From contig DAHVEJ010000001.1 in NCBI GenBank assembly GCA_027313145.1, positions 6,698-70,697 of the forward strand: a stretch of 64,000 nucleotides of DNA. Direction: 5' to 3'. Positions 1 to 9,247 of this stretch are shown here, piece by piece; position 1 is the first letter of the stretch; each line of letters begins with the position of its first letter. The notes under the pieces were generated by a model. It was not told the origin of the DNA and searched no databases. It saw only the letters and a list, made by a program, of their open reading frames with translations. The translations under genes and the position numbers were made by a program. Source of the DNA: Phycisphaerales bacterium. Its GTDB lineage: Bacteria; Planctomycetota; Phycisphaerae; WQYP01.

Positions 1-450
1 CAATGGCATGATGGTAAGGCACCCCCCTTTTTATTTATGCCGTATTTTGGCGGCGGCCTGCTGGGCCAGCGGGCCATAGCACGCGTGCAACCAATCTTTA
101 TCGAGGATCTCGCGGAGTTGTTTGTGCGCGCTTTGGAAATACCGGGTACGGAAAAGCGGACGTATGAAGTTGGCGGTCCGGATCCATACACCTGGGCGGC
201 TATGCTGGAAGTATTTAACACGGTGCTGCCGGGGCCGCGGCGCGCGATTTTGGGAATACCATTCTGGTTGGCTAAAGCGTTATCCGCATTTCCGTTGCCG
301 GGACTGCCGTTTAATCATGATCAAGTTGTCATGGCCGGCGAGGACAGCGTGTGTGATCTTGCGGCGGTAAAGCGGGATTTTCCGGGCTTTGCGCCGCAAC
401 CCCTGGAGTCCAGCGTTCGGGGCTATATCGCAACGATGGCCAAGGGGTGA
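1..450 (+). CDS. C-terminal part of an NAD(P)-binding epimerase/dehydratase-like (NDUFA9/NmrA-like) protein. The frame is open from the window edge, so the 5' end is truncated by the window.
   Basis: Frame 1 has no stop from position 1 to the stop at 450. The C-terminal sequence resembles SDR/NAD-dependent epimerase family tails. Confidence 0.5.
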   Translation, partial: QWHDGKAPPFLFMPYFGGGLLGQRAIARVQPIFIEDLAELFVRALEIPGTEKRTYEVGGPDPYTWAAMLEVFNTVLPGPRRAILGIPFWLAKALSAFPLPGLPFNHDQVVMAGEDSVCDLAAVKRDFPGFAPQPLESSVRGYIATMAKG

Positions 451-565
451 TTGCCGGGAATCCGTGCCGCGGAAACCGCCGGTGGGTAAATGCGACAGCG
501 GGTCTGGAACCCCTTCCTTAACGCGCTATCATGATTTATGTTGATATCTATATTTATATTGGGAT

Positions 566-1399
566 TTATTGCGTGGCCAGCGGCACCAGCAACAAGACCG
601 TTTCACGCCGAGGCACGTGGTGTTGTTGTGTCAGAAAACAACTACCCAGGGACGTATTAAGAACGCCGATATGCGCGGGAGCCAGAACGACAAAATGCTT
701 CGGTGGAAGCAGAAATGAAAACTGCAAATCAGAAAATACGTGCCGCACCGGCCCGGCTCCCGGGGTGGTGACGCTTAAACCCGGGCCGGCGGGTGCCGGG
801 TTTATACCGAGCTTTACCGCAGGTTCCAAGCTGATAACGGTTAATCCAAATTTGGTTGTGGCATTGGCGGCAATCAAAAACTGATCCTGGCAATTTCGGA
901 ATGTGCGAACCACCAGCGGTTCGGCGACGGTGTGACAGGTGAGCATCTGATGGTGGATATTGGTATGCACAGTCAGCACCGCCGGCGCAATATTGGCGAT
1001 CTGACAATATACCGCCTCCGATGTCACGCCCGGGCCGTTGATGAGTTTACGAATAGCGGACCAAACTTTAAACGAACCAGCTCCCGTTTTGAATCCGTTG
1101 GCTTTCAGCAGGGCGGCGGTGCGCTGACCAACGGGAGCTTTGGTTAACAGCTTCCAGACTTTGGGATTCTGGCTGAATGTTCCGATCGGAAGGTTCACCT
1201 CAATAACCTGAATCAGCGCGGCGCGCGGCGCATTGGCTTTTGCCGATTTTGTCGGCTTAGGCTGCGGTAATTTTGGAATCGCATAATTCGGGTGATGCAG
1301 GGGAAAATAGACCGGCCCTTTTTTTATGACCGTGCAGCCCCCCAGCATACCAAGGGCACATGCTAGAATAATGCCAACAGCGGGGTGGAACTTAATCAT
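566..1399 (-). CDS. Hypothetical lipoprotein, function unknown.
   Basis: The likely start MIKFHPAVGIILACALGMLGGC has a signal peptide and an LGGC lipobox. The longer ORF 566..1501 probably over-extends the N-terminus. Confidence 0.45.
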   Translation of the reverse strand: MIKFHPAVGIILACALGMLGGCTVIKKGPVYFPLHHPNYAIPKLPQPKPTKSAKANAPRAALIQVIEVNLPIGTFSQNPKVWKLLTKAPVGQRTAALLKANGFKTGAGSFKVWSAIRKLINGPGVTSEAVYCQIANIAPAVLTVHTNIHHQMLTCHTVAEPLVVRTFRNCQDQFLIAANATTKFGLTVISLEPAVKLGINPAPAGPGLSVTTPGAGPVRHVFSDLQFSFLLPPKHFVVLAPAHIGVLNTSLGSCFLTQQHHVPRRETVLLLVPLATQ

Positions 1400-1597
1400 C
1401 GGTGGCGTTCTATTCATGAAACGTATCATAAAGTAACTGTTTACCATAGTCGAACAGCGGTTGGCAACCTCGCGAAGAATTCCGGAATGTCGGCATGGCA
1501 CCGGCCCCCGCTACGGCCTCCGTCCGCCCTGTTCTCGTGCACCTGCCTCCCCAAGGTTTTCACCAAAAAGGCGTCAGGTGACTTTGTTTGGGGTTTG

Positions 1598-3532
1598 TCA
1601 CGGGGAAGTACGGCGGCTGCCGGTGAGATAGAGGGACAGCACCATGAGATCGGCGGGGGTGATGCCTTCAAGGCGGGAGGCTTGACCGACGGTGCGGGGG
1701 CGGAATTTTTCCAGGGCCTGCCGGGCTTCGGCGCGAAGTTCGGCGATTGTCTGAAAATTTAATTTCGGTGAAATGAGTTTATCCTCCAACTCCACCATGC
1801 GCTGGGCAGCATGTTTCTCCCGCAAGATATACCCGGCGTATCGCGTTTCAATTTGAATTTGCTCCAACAGCACGTGGTGGGATGGATCAGCCAGCAGCGC
1901 CGCCAGTTTTGGTCCGTCGGTGCCCAGCAGCGAGGGTAGAGCCTCTAATTCCACATCCGGGCGGCGCAGCAAATCCAAGGCGGTGCCGCCGCCGGGCACG
2001 CGGCAGGCTTTGAGATCATCCGTAAGCCGGCGCATGGCCTCCAATTTATTTTCCAATCGTCGGATGCGCGCCGGTTCCGCCAAGCCAATGAGTGCTGCCG
2101 CAGGCGTAAGGCGTTGATCGGTGTTATCGCTGCGCAAGGTCAGGCGATATTCCGCGCGGCTGGTGAACATGCGATATGGCTCGGTGGGAGTTTTGGTGAT
2201 CAGATCATCAATCATCACGCCGATGTACGCCTGATCGCGGCGAAGAATAAACGGTTTATCCCCGCGAATTTTTAACGCCGCGTTAATTCCCGCAATTAGC
2301 CCCTGTCCCGCCGCCTCCTCATAACCGCTGGTGCCATTAAGTTGCCCGGCGAAAAATAATCCGTCAGCGCGATGCGTTTCCAGGGTAGGTCCCACCTGAT
2401 GCGTTGGGGAAAAATCATATTCCACCGCATAACCATGGCGCAGAATCACCGCTTTTTCCAGCCCCACAATGCTGTGAACAAGTTGTTCCTGTACATCCAC
2501 CGGTAAAGAGGTGGATATGCCGTTGCAGTAAATTTCATGGGTATCCAGGCTTTCAGGCTCCAGAAAAATCTGATGCTGGGTTTTATCCGCAAAGCGGACC
2601 ACTTTGTCCTCAATGCTGGGGCAATAACGCGGGCCGCGGCTTTGAATCTGCCCGCTGTACATCGGCGCGCGGTGCAGGTTGGCGCGGATCAGGTCATGCG
2701 CCGCTGGATTGGTGTAAGTGATGTAGCAGGGCACTTGGGGCAGGCCGGGGAATTGCGGCCCCAGCGGCGCGGCCGCGGAGCCGGATAAATCACTAAATGG
2801 GATGGGCGGAATATCGCCGTGCTGCGGCTCAAGGGAGGAAAAGTCAACGCTTTGTCGCGCCACGCGCGGAGGCGTGCCGGTTTTCAGGCGTTGCAATTCA
2901 AAGCCCAGTTTTACCAAGGCACCGGACAATCCTACCGCCGCCTGTTCGCCGACGCGGCCACCTTCGGTTTTTTTTTCACCGGTGTGCATCAGGCCCCGTA
3001 AAAATGTACCGGTGGTAAGTATGGCGCAGCGGCAATTTAATTTTCTGCCGGATTTTAAGGCGATGCCGGTCGTGCGCCATTGCGGCATGTCCTGATGGCC
3101 CAGTGGATCTACGAGAATATCCTCCGCGATATCGGAGATAATCGTAAGGTTGGAGCAATTTTCCGTTAAAAGCCGCTGCACCGCCTGAGCGTAGCGGTAT
3201 TTGTCTGCTTGGGCGCGCGGCGATTGCACTGCCGGGCCTTTGGAGCGATTAAGCAGACGAAACTGAATACCGGCGGCGTCAATGGCGTGAGCCATCAGGC
3301 CGCCAAGGGCGTCAATTTCCCGCACCATCTGCCCCTTGGCTAATCCGCCGATGGCGGGATTACAACTCATGCGGCCAATGGCGGCGGGATCCATGGTGAT
3401 CATTGCTACCGTGCCGCGATCACCGAGCAGACGTGACGCGGCCCATGCGGCCTCGGCCCCAGCGTGTCCGCCGCCAACAACGATAATGTCAAAACATGCA
3501 GCTTGATCCGTCATGGGTGAAAAGTTAACCAT
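1598..3532 (-). CDS. mnmG: tRNA uridine 5-carboxymethylaminomethyl modification enzyme MnmG (GidA).
   Basis: FAD-binding N-terminus DIIVVGGGHAGAEAA and full-length MnmG-like sequence of about 640 aa. The true start is probably MTDQAAC at about 3514. Confidence 0.93.
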   Translation of the reverse strand: MVNFSPMTDQAACFDIIVVGGGHAGAEAAWAASRLLGDRGTVAMITMDPAAIGRMSCNPAIGGLAKGQMVREIDALGGLMAHAIDAAGIQFRLLNRSKGPAVQSPRAQADKYRYAQAVQRLLTENCSNLTIISDIAEDILVDPLGHQDMPQWRTTGIALKSGRKLNCRCAILTTGTFLRGLMHTGEKKTEGGRVGEQAAVGLSGALVKLGFELQRLKTGTPPRVARQSVDFSSLEPQHGDIPPIPFSDLSGSAAAPLGPQFPGLPQVPCYITYTNPAAHDLIRANLHRAPMYSGQIQSRGPRYCPSIEDKVVRFADKTQHQIFLEPESLDTHEIYCNGISTSLPVDVQEQLVHSIVGLEKAVILRHGYAVEYDFSPTHQVGPTLETHRADGLFFAGQLNGTSGYEEAAGQGLIAGINAALKIRGDKPFILRRDQAYIGVMIDDLITKTPTEPYRMFTSRAEYRLTLRSDNTDQRLTPAAALIGLAEPARIRRLENKLEAMRRLTDDLKACRVPGGGTALDLLRRPDVELEALPSLLGTDGPKLAALLADPSHHVLLEQIQIETRYAGYILREKHAAQRMVELEDKLISPKLNFQTIAELRAEARQALEKFRPRTVGQASRLEGITPADLMVLSLYLTGSRRTSP

Positions 3533-3654
3533 CCTTTTAAATATATGGGAAGACCGTTTTCAACTTTCAGCATGATAAGCAGGAAAGCCCAAAAACGTGA
3601 TCCATCGCCCGGTGCGCCTTTAAGCCGGCAAATCAGACCGGATAGAACCCTATC

Positions 3655-4752
3655 TTACCGCTGGGAAATCAGATCCGCCTCGCGTTGGCGTTGCGTAGCG
3701 CGGCGGAGAATGCGCTTTTCCCGGCGTGTTAAACTGTGCATTCCTTTCTCGCTGACTTTTTCGAGAATTTTGTCCACCATCTGCTGCTCTTTTCGGGCGC
3801 GATGATCACGTCGGCCAATCCAGTGCAGCCAGCGTTGCAAAAGCCGCTTGCGTTTAGGACCGGGCAAATCGCTGATATTGGCACTAGAGGAAATAAGCTG
3901 GTCAATGGTGCCCGGGCCATCCACCTGTAACGCGCGACGGCGCTGTAAAGAATCAAAAAACAGCATGGCGCACACCAGCATACCTACCACGTTCTTGCCA
4001 TAAGCGGCGAGCACAAATAACAAAACGGCGACCACCATGCCCGTCAGGCAGGTGAAATCCACGGATTTATACGCCCCGGTCATAGGCCAAAGAATCGCCT
4101 GCAGCAGGTAGGCCCCATCAAACCAGTAAAACGGCAGCAGATTAACGGCGACCAGAAAAATATTGGCCGCGCAAAACATATACAGGGCGGCGGCCAGGAA
4201 ATTCGGCGTTAAAAACATCGCGGTGGAATCAGGTTGCAGTTGGCCGAAGATCGCGGAGGACGATAAGGGTGTAACATGCCAATTGATACTGATGATGGTG
4301 CCGACAAACATGGCGACCAGGGCATTAGCCAGAATGCCGCCGCCCTGAGCGGCAAACATCGGCCAAGCCGCGGGCGGGTGCGTGGGCGGAATCATATTTC
4401 CGGCGGGCCACATCAGAAAGTCATCATGCCGGCCGCCGACAAGTTGAGCCGAAATCCTGTGGCCGAATTCATGGACCAATAGCGCTGCAAGAACTCCCGC
4501 GATGGCCAGCACGGCCAGCACCAGCGAGCCGGTATGCAGAGCGTAAAGCAAATCCATCGCAACCAGCAACAGCAGCCAGAAACTGGCCTGCACGCGAATG
4601 CCAAAAAAAGTTCCCAGCGGCAGCGACCAGGAAAGCAGGGATAAAACACCACCGCCCCCCCACGTTCCGCCGAACCCACGATTATAATCCCGGTCACGCC
4701 AACTCATATTTGCGGCACACTTTCCATTTGCAATATTCGCATCGGCCTTCAC
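3655..4752 (-). CDS. Peptidase M50 (site-2 protease family) membrane metalloprotease.
   Basis: HEFGH zinc motif inside a TM helix, multiple TM segments and a basic C-terminal tail. Confidence 0.75.
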   Translation of the reverse strand: MKADANIANGKCAANMSWRDRDYNRGFGGTWGGGGVLSLLSWSLPLGTFFGIRVQASFWLLLLVAMDLLYALHTGSLVLAVLAIAGVLAALLVHEFGHRISAQLVGGRHDDFLMWPAGNMIPPTHPPAAWPMFAAQGGGILANALVAMFVGTIISINWHVTPLSSSAIFGQLQPDSTAMFLTPNFLAAALYMFCAANIFLVAVNLLPFYWFDGAYLLQAILWPMTGAYKSVDFTCLTGMVVAVLLFVLAAYGKNVVGMLVCAMLFFDSLQRRRALQVDGPGTIDQLISSSANISDLPGPKRKRLLQRWLHWIGRRDHRARKEQQMVDKILEKVSEKGMHSLTRREKRILRRATQRQREADLISQR

Positions 4753-5318
4753 ACGCCAACACGATTCCTTATCAGATATTTTAACAGAACGGCAATGGTT
4801 TTCCCGTCCACGATCTCATTGGAGGCAATCATCGCGAGAATTTTATCCGGTGCCATGGCCTGCACCGTGATGGTTTCGTTTTCTTCCAGAGCCTGCGGGC
4901 CGGGGGTTAAACCGGTGGCAATAAAGGCGTACATTTTCTCAGTGAGAATCCCCGGCGAGGTGTAAAACCAGCCAAACGGTTTAATATCAATCGCTTGGTA
5001 ACCGGTTTCTTCAATAAGTTCCCTGCCGGCACAAAGTTCCGGTGGTTCCGGCGGTTCAAGCGTCCCGGCGGCTAATTCCCAGAGCCATTGGCCCACGGTA
5101 TGCCGCAGGTTGCGGATCATGACAATATCACCGTTCTGCAGCACGGGCAGGATAATCACAGCTCCCGGATGCAGCACCACTTCGCGCACCAATCGCTTGC
5201 CGGAAGCGCTGGTGACGGTGCGCAGGGCCATATCCACGCGTGTGCCCTTATAGACAATCTGGTCCTCAAATCCCATTGACGGCGTTGAACTCATGCTCAT
5301 AATCCTTTCGCGATCCAA
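4749..5318 (-). CDS. NUDIX hydrolase (ADP-ribose pyrophosphatase-like).
   Basis: Nudix box G..E....RELIEETG (AAGTLEPPE...CAGRELIEETG). Overlaps the upstream gene by 4 nt. Confidence 0.8.
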   Translation of the reverse strand: MDRERIMSMSSTPSMGFEDQIVYKGTRVDMALRTVTSASGKRLVREVVLHPGAVIILPVLQNGDIVMIRNLRHTVGQWLWELAAGTLEPPEPPELCAGRELIEETGYQAIDIKPFGWFYTSPGILTEKMYAFIATGLTPGPQALEENETITVQAMAPDKILAMIASNEIVDGKTIAVLLKYLIRNRVGV

Positions 5319-5357
5319 TTTAACACTTCGGTTCCAAGTCTCCTATAATAGCAACGT

Positions 5358-6959
5358 ATGTTACCAGTTTCCGAAACAAATGAGCCGGAATTGCCGCCCC
5401 CGGACGGGGATTTTGAAGAACAGATTGTCGAGGAAGTGCCGGTGGGCGAAGTAACGCTCATTTTGCCCACTGAGCCAACGGAATCGCGCATGGCCCGCCT
5501 GCACGCCAAAGCCCGTGCCCTGGAGCAGATTCCCGGCGTTTATCTGCTTAAAGATACACGGGACGTGGTGATTTACGTGGGAAAATCCCGATCCCTGCGC
5601 GACCGCGTCAGCAGCTATTTTATAGCCTCCACGGATTTAGGCCCGGTCAAACAGCGCCTGTTGGATTATGTCGTGGATTTTGACATCCTGACGTGTGATT
5701 CAGAAGTGGAAGCCCTGCTCATTGAGAGTCGGCTCATTAAAGATTTGCATCCGCGATTTAACGCCCGGCTCTCTGACGGGAAAAGCTACCCGTACCTGGA
5801 AATTACCACACGCGAGGATTTCCCCGGGGTCTATGTCACACGGCAGCCGCAAACCAGCGGCACGAAGCTTTACGGCCCTTTCATCAGCGGCTATGCGCTT
5901 AAACAGGCGGTCCTGTACATGCAGCGGGCCTTTAAGTTCCGCACATGTCATCTGGAAATTTATGAGGAAGATAACCGGCGGCGGCAATTTCGCCCATGCA
6001 TGCTCTACGCCATCAAGCAATGCACCGCTCCCTGTGCCGATAGAATTAGCCGCCCGCAATATCTGGAGGATATTGAACGACTGAAGAAATTTCTGGATTC
6101 CAGCCGGGGCGATGCGTTAAAGCAGATGACCGCGGACATGGAGGCGGCTTCCGCGGCGCTGGATTTTGAAACAGCCGCGCAGTTACGAGATCAGATTAAG
6201 GCCTTAAAATCCCTGGCGCACCGTGGCAAGGGGGCCAAAGTGATGCAGCCGGAATTGTTTTTCCAGGATCATCAGGCCGGCGTTCGGCAATTGCAGGACG
6301 TGCTGGAACTCGATGAACCCGTGCGGTCCATTGAAGCCATTGACATCGCCCATTTTCAGGGTGAAGCGACCGTTGGTTCACTGGTGAGTTTCATGGATGG
6401 CCGGCCGTTTAAGGGGGGCTACAAGCGATTCCGCATAAAAACGGTGACAGGCATTGACGATTTTCGGTGTATCGCTGAAGTGGTATCTCGGCGGTACCGG
6501 GAAGCGGGACATGGCAATGAATTGTATCCGGATGTCATACTCATTGACGGCGGTCTGGGGCAGCTTCACGCCGCGCAGGGAGCCTTTGCCCAGATGGATA
6601 TCAAGCCGCCGATGGTCATCAGTCTGGCCAAGCGTGAGGAAGAAATTTATATGCAGGGCCGAGCCACGCCGTTCAAGCTTTCCCGCACCAATGCGGCCTT
6701 GAAGCTCCTGCAATTTGCCCGTGATGAAGCCCACCGCTTTGCCCAAAGTTACCATCACCTGTTAATTGCCCGTCGGCAGTTTCAAGACACGCTGCGCGGC
6801 AGCACCGGGAAGCTTAAGATTAAGCGCAAAACCCGCTCAAAAGCAGCAGGTTCCGAGGCTTCCAAAGATAGTGCCACCCCCACAACCGATGAATTCAAAG
6901 TGTTATCCGAACAGGAAATTCGCGATCTGACCGCCAAACCGACTGCCCAACCACCTTGA
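5358..6959 (+). CDS. uvrC: Excinuclease ABC subunit C (UvrC), apparently lacking the C-terminal (HhH)2 domain.
   Basis: N-terminal GIY-YIG (GVYLLKD..VIYVGKS), UvrB-interacting region and RNase H-like endonuclease domain. It ends at 533 aa with a low-complexity basic tail. Confidence 0.88.
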   Translation: MLPVSETNEPELPPPDGDFEEQIVEEVPVGEVTLILPTEPTESRMARLHAKARALEQIPGVYLLKDTRDVVIYVGKSRSLRDRVSSYFIASTDLGPVKQRLLDYVVDFDILTCDSEVEALLIESRLIKDLHPRFNARLSDGKSYPYLEITTREDFPGVYVTRQPQTSGTKLYGPFISGYALKQAVLYMQRAFKFRTCHLEIYEEDNRRRQFRPCMLYAIKQCTAPCADRISRPQYLEDIERLKKFLDSSRGDALKQMTADMEAASAALDFETAAQLRDQIKALKSLAHRGKGAKVMQPELFFQDHQAGVRQLQDVLELDEPVRSIEAIDIAHFQGEATVGSLVSFMDGRPFKGGYKRFRIKTVTGIDDFRCIAEVVSRRYREAGHGNELYPDVILIDGGLGQLHAAQGAFAQMDIKPPMVISLAKREEEIYMQGRATPFKLSRTNAALKLLQFARDEAHRFAQSYHHLLIARRQFQDTLRGSTGKLKIKRKTRSKAAGSEASKDSATPTTDEFKVLSEQEIRDLTAKPTAQPP

Positions 6960-7063
6960 TTCAATAAAGCGATCCCGAGAGCACCGCGAGGCCCCTTCAC
7001 CGCTGCCCTGACCCGCCGTAGCGTTAGGCAGGAGCCCACCCGCTTGATCCGAAAATAGCCCTT

Positions 7064-7343
7064 GGAGACTGTCCGAGTAATGGCCGGGATTGCGATGGGG
7101 CTGAAATAGCCCGTATTCGCGGCGGAGGATCGAGCTGACTCTGGATAATGAGTCTGCGAGATCCGACAACAAAGCAGACGGGGCATTTCAGGCCCACCCG
7201 CAGGGCGGGATGCTTTTTGGCTCCCCTCTGCGGCGCAGTTCCTCGGCGTACCATCCGTGTCAGGTACGCCATCGTCGCTGCTTCTTGTATGTTGGAGCCA
7301 AAAATCATCCCGGCGCAACCTGGCCATTACTCGGACAGGCTCC
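7064..7343. repeat. Repeat family A, full-length copy: 280-bp element bounded by 22-bp imperfect terminal inverted repeats (GGAGACTGTCCGAGTAATGGCC ... GGCCATTACTCGGACAGGCTCC) with nested internal stems.
   Basis: TIRs at 7064-7085 and 7322-7343. Inner stem TTTTTGGCTCC/GGAGCCAAAAA (7214-7224 / 7294-7304) encloses hairpin GGCGTACC/GGTACGCC. A 145-bp 5' core is repeated at 32047-32192. Confidence 0.7.
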
Positions 7344-7613
7344 TAGATAACGCGGTGGGGTATTCCGGGAACAATGCGGGCAGTTCGAGGCATCAGGAAC
7401 AATGCACCATCATCTGGGCCGGGTGTCAAGAAACAGGTGACTGTCCCTAATTTCAGTGCCCGCCGCAGAATCTGGGGTAACGCTGTTTTCCCCACCCATC
7501 GCTTACATGCTTCAATTCAATTTGAACTTAACAACGCAAGCGGCTCTTGCCACGTCGTCAAGTCTTGCCTATAATCATTCATCAAAGCTCAACTACATTC
7601 TAGGAATGAAGCC

Positions 7614-9221
7614 ATGTTTCGCCATTGGGATTACCGTAGGTTCTGGATAGGTTGTTGGACGGTGCTGTTCTTATTGGCAACGGTATTGGCCATATTATGC
7701 CTCTGTATCGCGTTTCATGGCCCCCCCCCGGCCCTCAGCCTGCCTGTTCAAGGGCAAGTGACCGTGTCTCTAGCTACAGCGCTAAGTAGTTTTATCTATC
7801 ATCTCCCGTTTCGCTTGGCGATTTTTCTGCCATTATCAGCATTGTACGCAATCTGGGCGATTAAGGTGACAATCTACCTGAAATACGGCAGATTGTCTCT
7901 TGCTGAAAGCGACCTTTACCATGGTAAATCTCGCAACGTCAGTGACGAACTGCTCCCATCACGGCGTGCCCTTTTGGATATGATTATTAACACCATCAAA
8001 AATAATGATGGTCGAAGAACAATAACGGTCGAAAGCCGTTGGGGGGATGGGAAGAGTTTTCTATTGCAACAATTGGAGAAGGATCTGGGTTCGCAATTTG
8101 CGACCGTATGCCTGGACGTCTGGGAACACGCTACCGAGCAGGATCTCCATTTCGCTTTTTTCGAGGCTCTTTTGCGTAATGAGCATGTCATATTCAATCG
8201 CCGCGTGCGCGGCACCATACCCTGTCTGAGCTTACTGCTGACACTCATCCGCCGCGCCCTCTTCGGACTATCCAGCCGTTCATCGCTCTCTCTTTATTGG
8301 GCCGAAGCCGAATTCCAAGTTCCGTTACCAAGGCTGGGCTGGCAGTCGGACATGGAATCAATTTTTGGAAAGCTTAAAACCGGTAACAGGAAGGTGGTCT
8401 TTATCCTTGACGAAATCGACCGTGCCAACCCGGAAATCTGCCAGGCGGCAGTCTCATTAACCCAGCGAGCGCTGCGTGCGCCAAATGTATTCGTCGTGAT
8501 GCCATACGTTCGCGAACAAATGGAGTTCAAGGCATTCAATCCGCTGAGGCCGACTATGGCAGACATCCAGTCAACCATGTTCGGCGTGCTTTGGAAAGAT
8601 TGGAACCAGCTTCGAGATACCGAGGGTTTGAAATCCTCCCAAGGAAATCAGCTTCACTTGCAAGCTGATTGGCTTGGTTTCCCCGATAAATGGATGGGGG
8701 GCAAGATGGCCAGCAGCAGCGCTAGGCCAAAACGCCAAGGACAAAACCTCCGCGCCCGCATGGGCTACGCCAAATCGGAGAGCCCCTTCCAATATCTCAC
8801 GAATCGCCTCCACTGGTCCTTGTTAAAGCACTACCTTCAGGCCACTTCCCCGCACCAAAAACTGCTACGCTTTGCTTTCGCAGAAAAATTCCTGTTTGAC
8901 ATCCACTTCACAATCGACCCCCTGACCGACGTTGATATAGCCGCATCCCTCGTCAGTGTTTCTGAAATCCGGACGGCGCTCGGCGAGGGGATTGTAAACG
9001 ATAAAAGCTTCACGAACCTTGTTTGGGAGAAGATCAGGACCCACCCCGCGAAACCGCAAATAGCGGTGCCCACACTCAGACACTTTAAGAGTCGACTACT
9101 TGAGATGCTCCAAAAATGGAACGATAAGTCAACTACAAGCCAGCCCACTGCAGGCGATATCGCATCCTTAGCTACTATTGTGTACTTAGCCTATTTCTGG
9201 GCTGGTGCGTATGATACTTAA
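7614..9221 (+). CDS. KAP-family P-loop NTPase with N-terminal transmembrane segments.
   Basis: Walker A of KAP type (ESRWGDGKSF) and Walker B VVFILDEIDR. Four or more N-terminal TM helices. Local GC is clearly lower than its surroundings. Confidence 0.6.
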   Translation: MFRHWDYRRFWIGCWTVLFLLATVLAILCLCIAFHGPPPALSLPVQGQVTVSLATALSSFIYHLPFRLAIFLPLSALYAIWAIKVTIYLKYGRLSLAESDLYHGKSRNVSDELLPSRRALLDMIINTIKNNDGRRTITVESRWGDGKSFLLQQLEKDLGSQFATVCLDVWEHATEQDLHFAFFEALLRNEHVIFNRRVRGTIPCLSLLLTLIRRALFGLSSRSSLSLYWAEAEFQVPLPRLGWQSDMESIFGKLKTGNRKVVFILDEIDRANPEICQAAVSLTQRALRAPNVFVVMPYVREQMEFKAFNPLRPTMADIQSTMFGVLWKDWNQLRDTEGLKSSQGNQLHLQADWLGFPDKWMGGKMASSSARPKRQGQNLRARMGYAKSESPFQYLTNRLHWSLLKHYLQATSPHQKLLRFAFAEKFLFDIHFTIDPLTDVDIAASLVSVSEIRTALGEGIVNDKSFTNLVWEKIRTHPAKPQIAVPTLRHFKSRLLEMLQKWNDKSTTSQPTAGDIASLATIVYLAYFWAGAYDT

Positions 9222-9247
9222 ATAACTTGAACCGAAGGAGCTCCACC

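Noticed and set aside
6782-7327. 181-aa minus-strand ORF, and the analogous 32027..32470 ORF.
   Set aside because: Both are translations of the family-A repeat element. They share peptide PEMPR(L/Q)LCCRIS(Q/R)T because of DNA repeat identity, and have no start/RBS context. Treated as non-coding.
7064-7343. Possibility that family-A is tmRNA or RNase P RNA (paired termini, GAUUCGAC-like stretch).
   Set aside because: No tRNA-like 3' end (no GGTTCGANTCC...CCA), no tag-peptide reading frame and no P4 consensus. A second truncated copy argues against a single-copy essential RNA.
9227-9247. Start codon at 9227 (MNRRSST) for the 648-aa ORF.
   Set aside because: That ATG lies inside the GAAGGAG RBS for the ATG at 9248. 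The shorter start was chosen.
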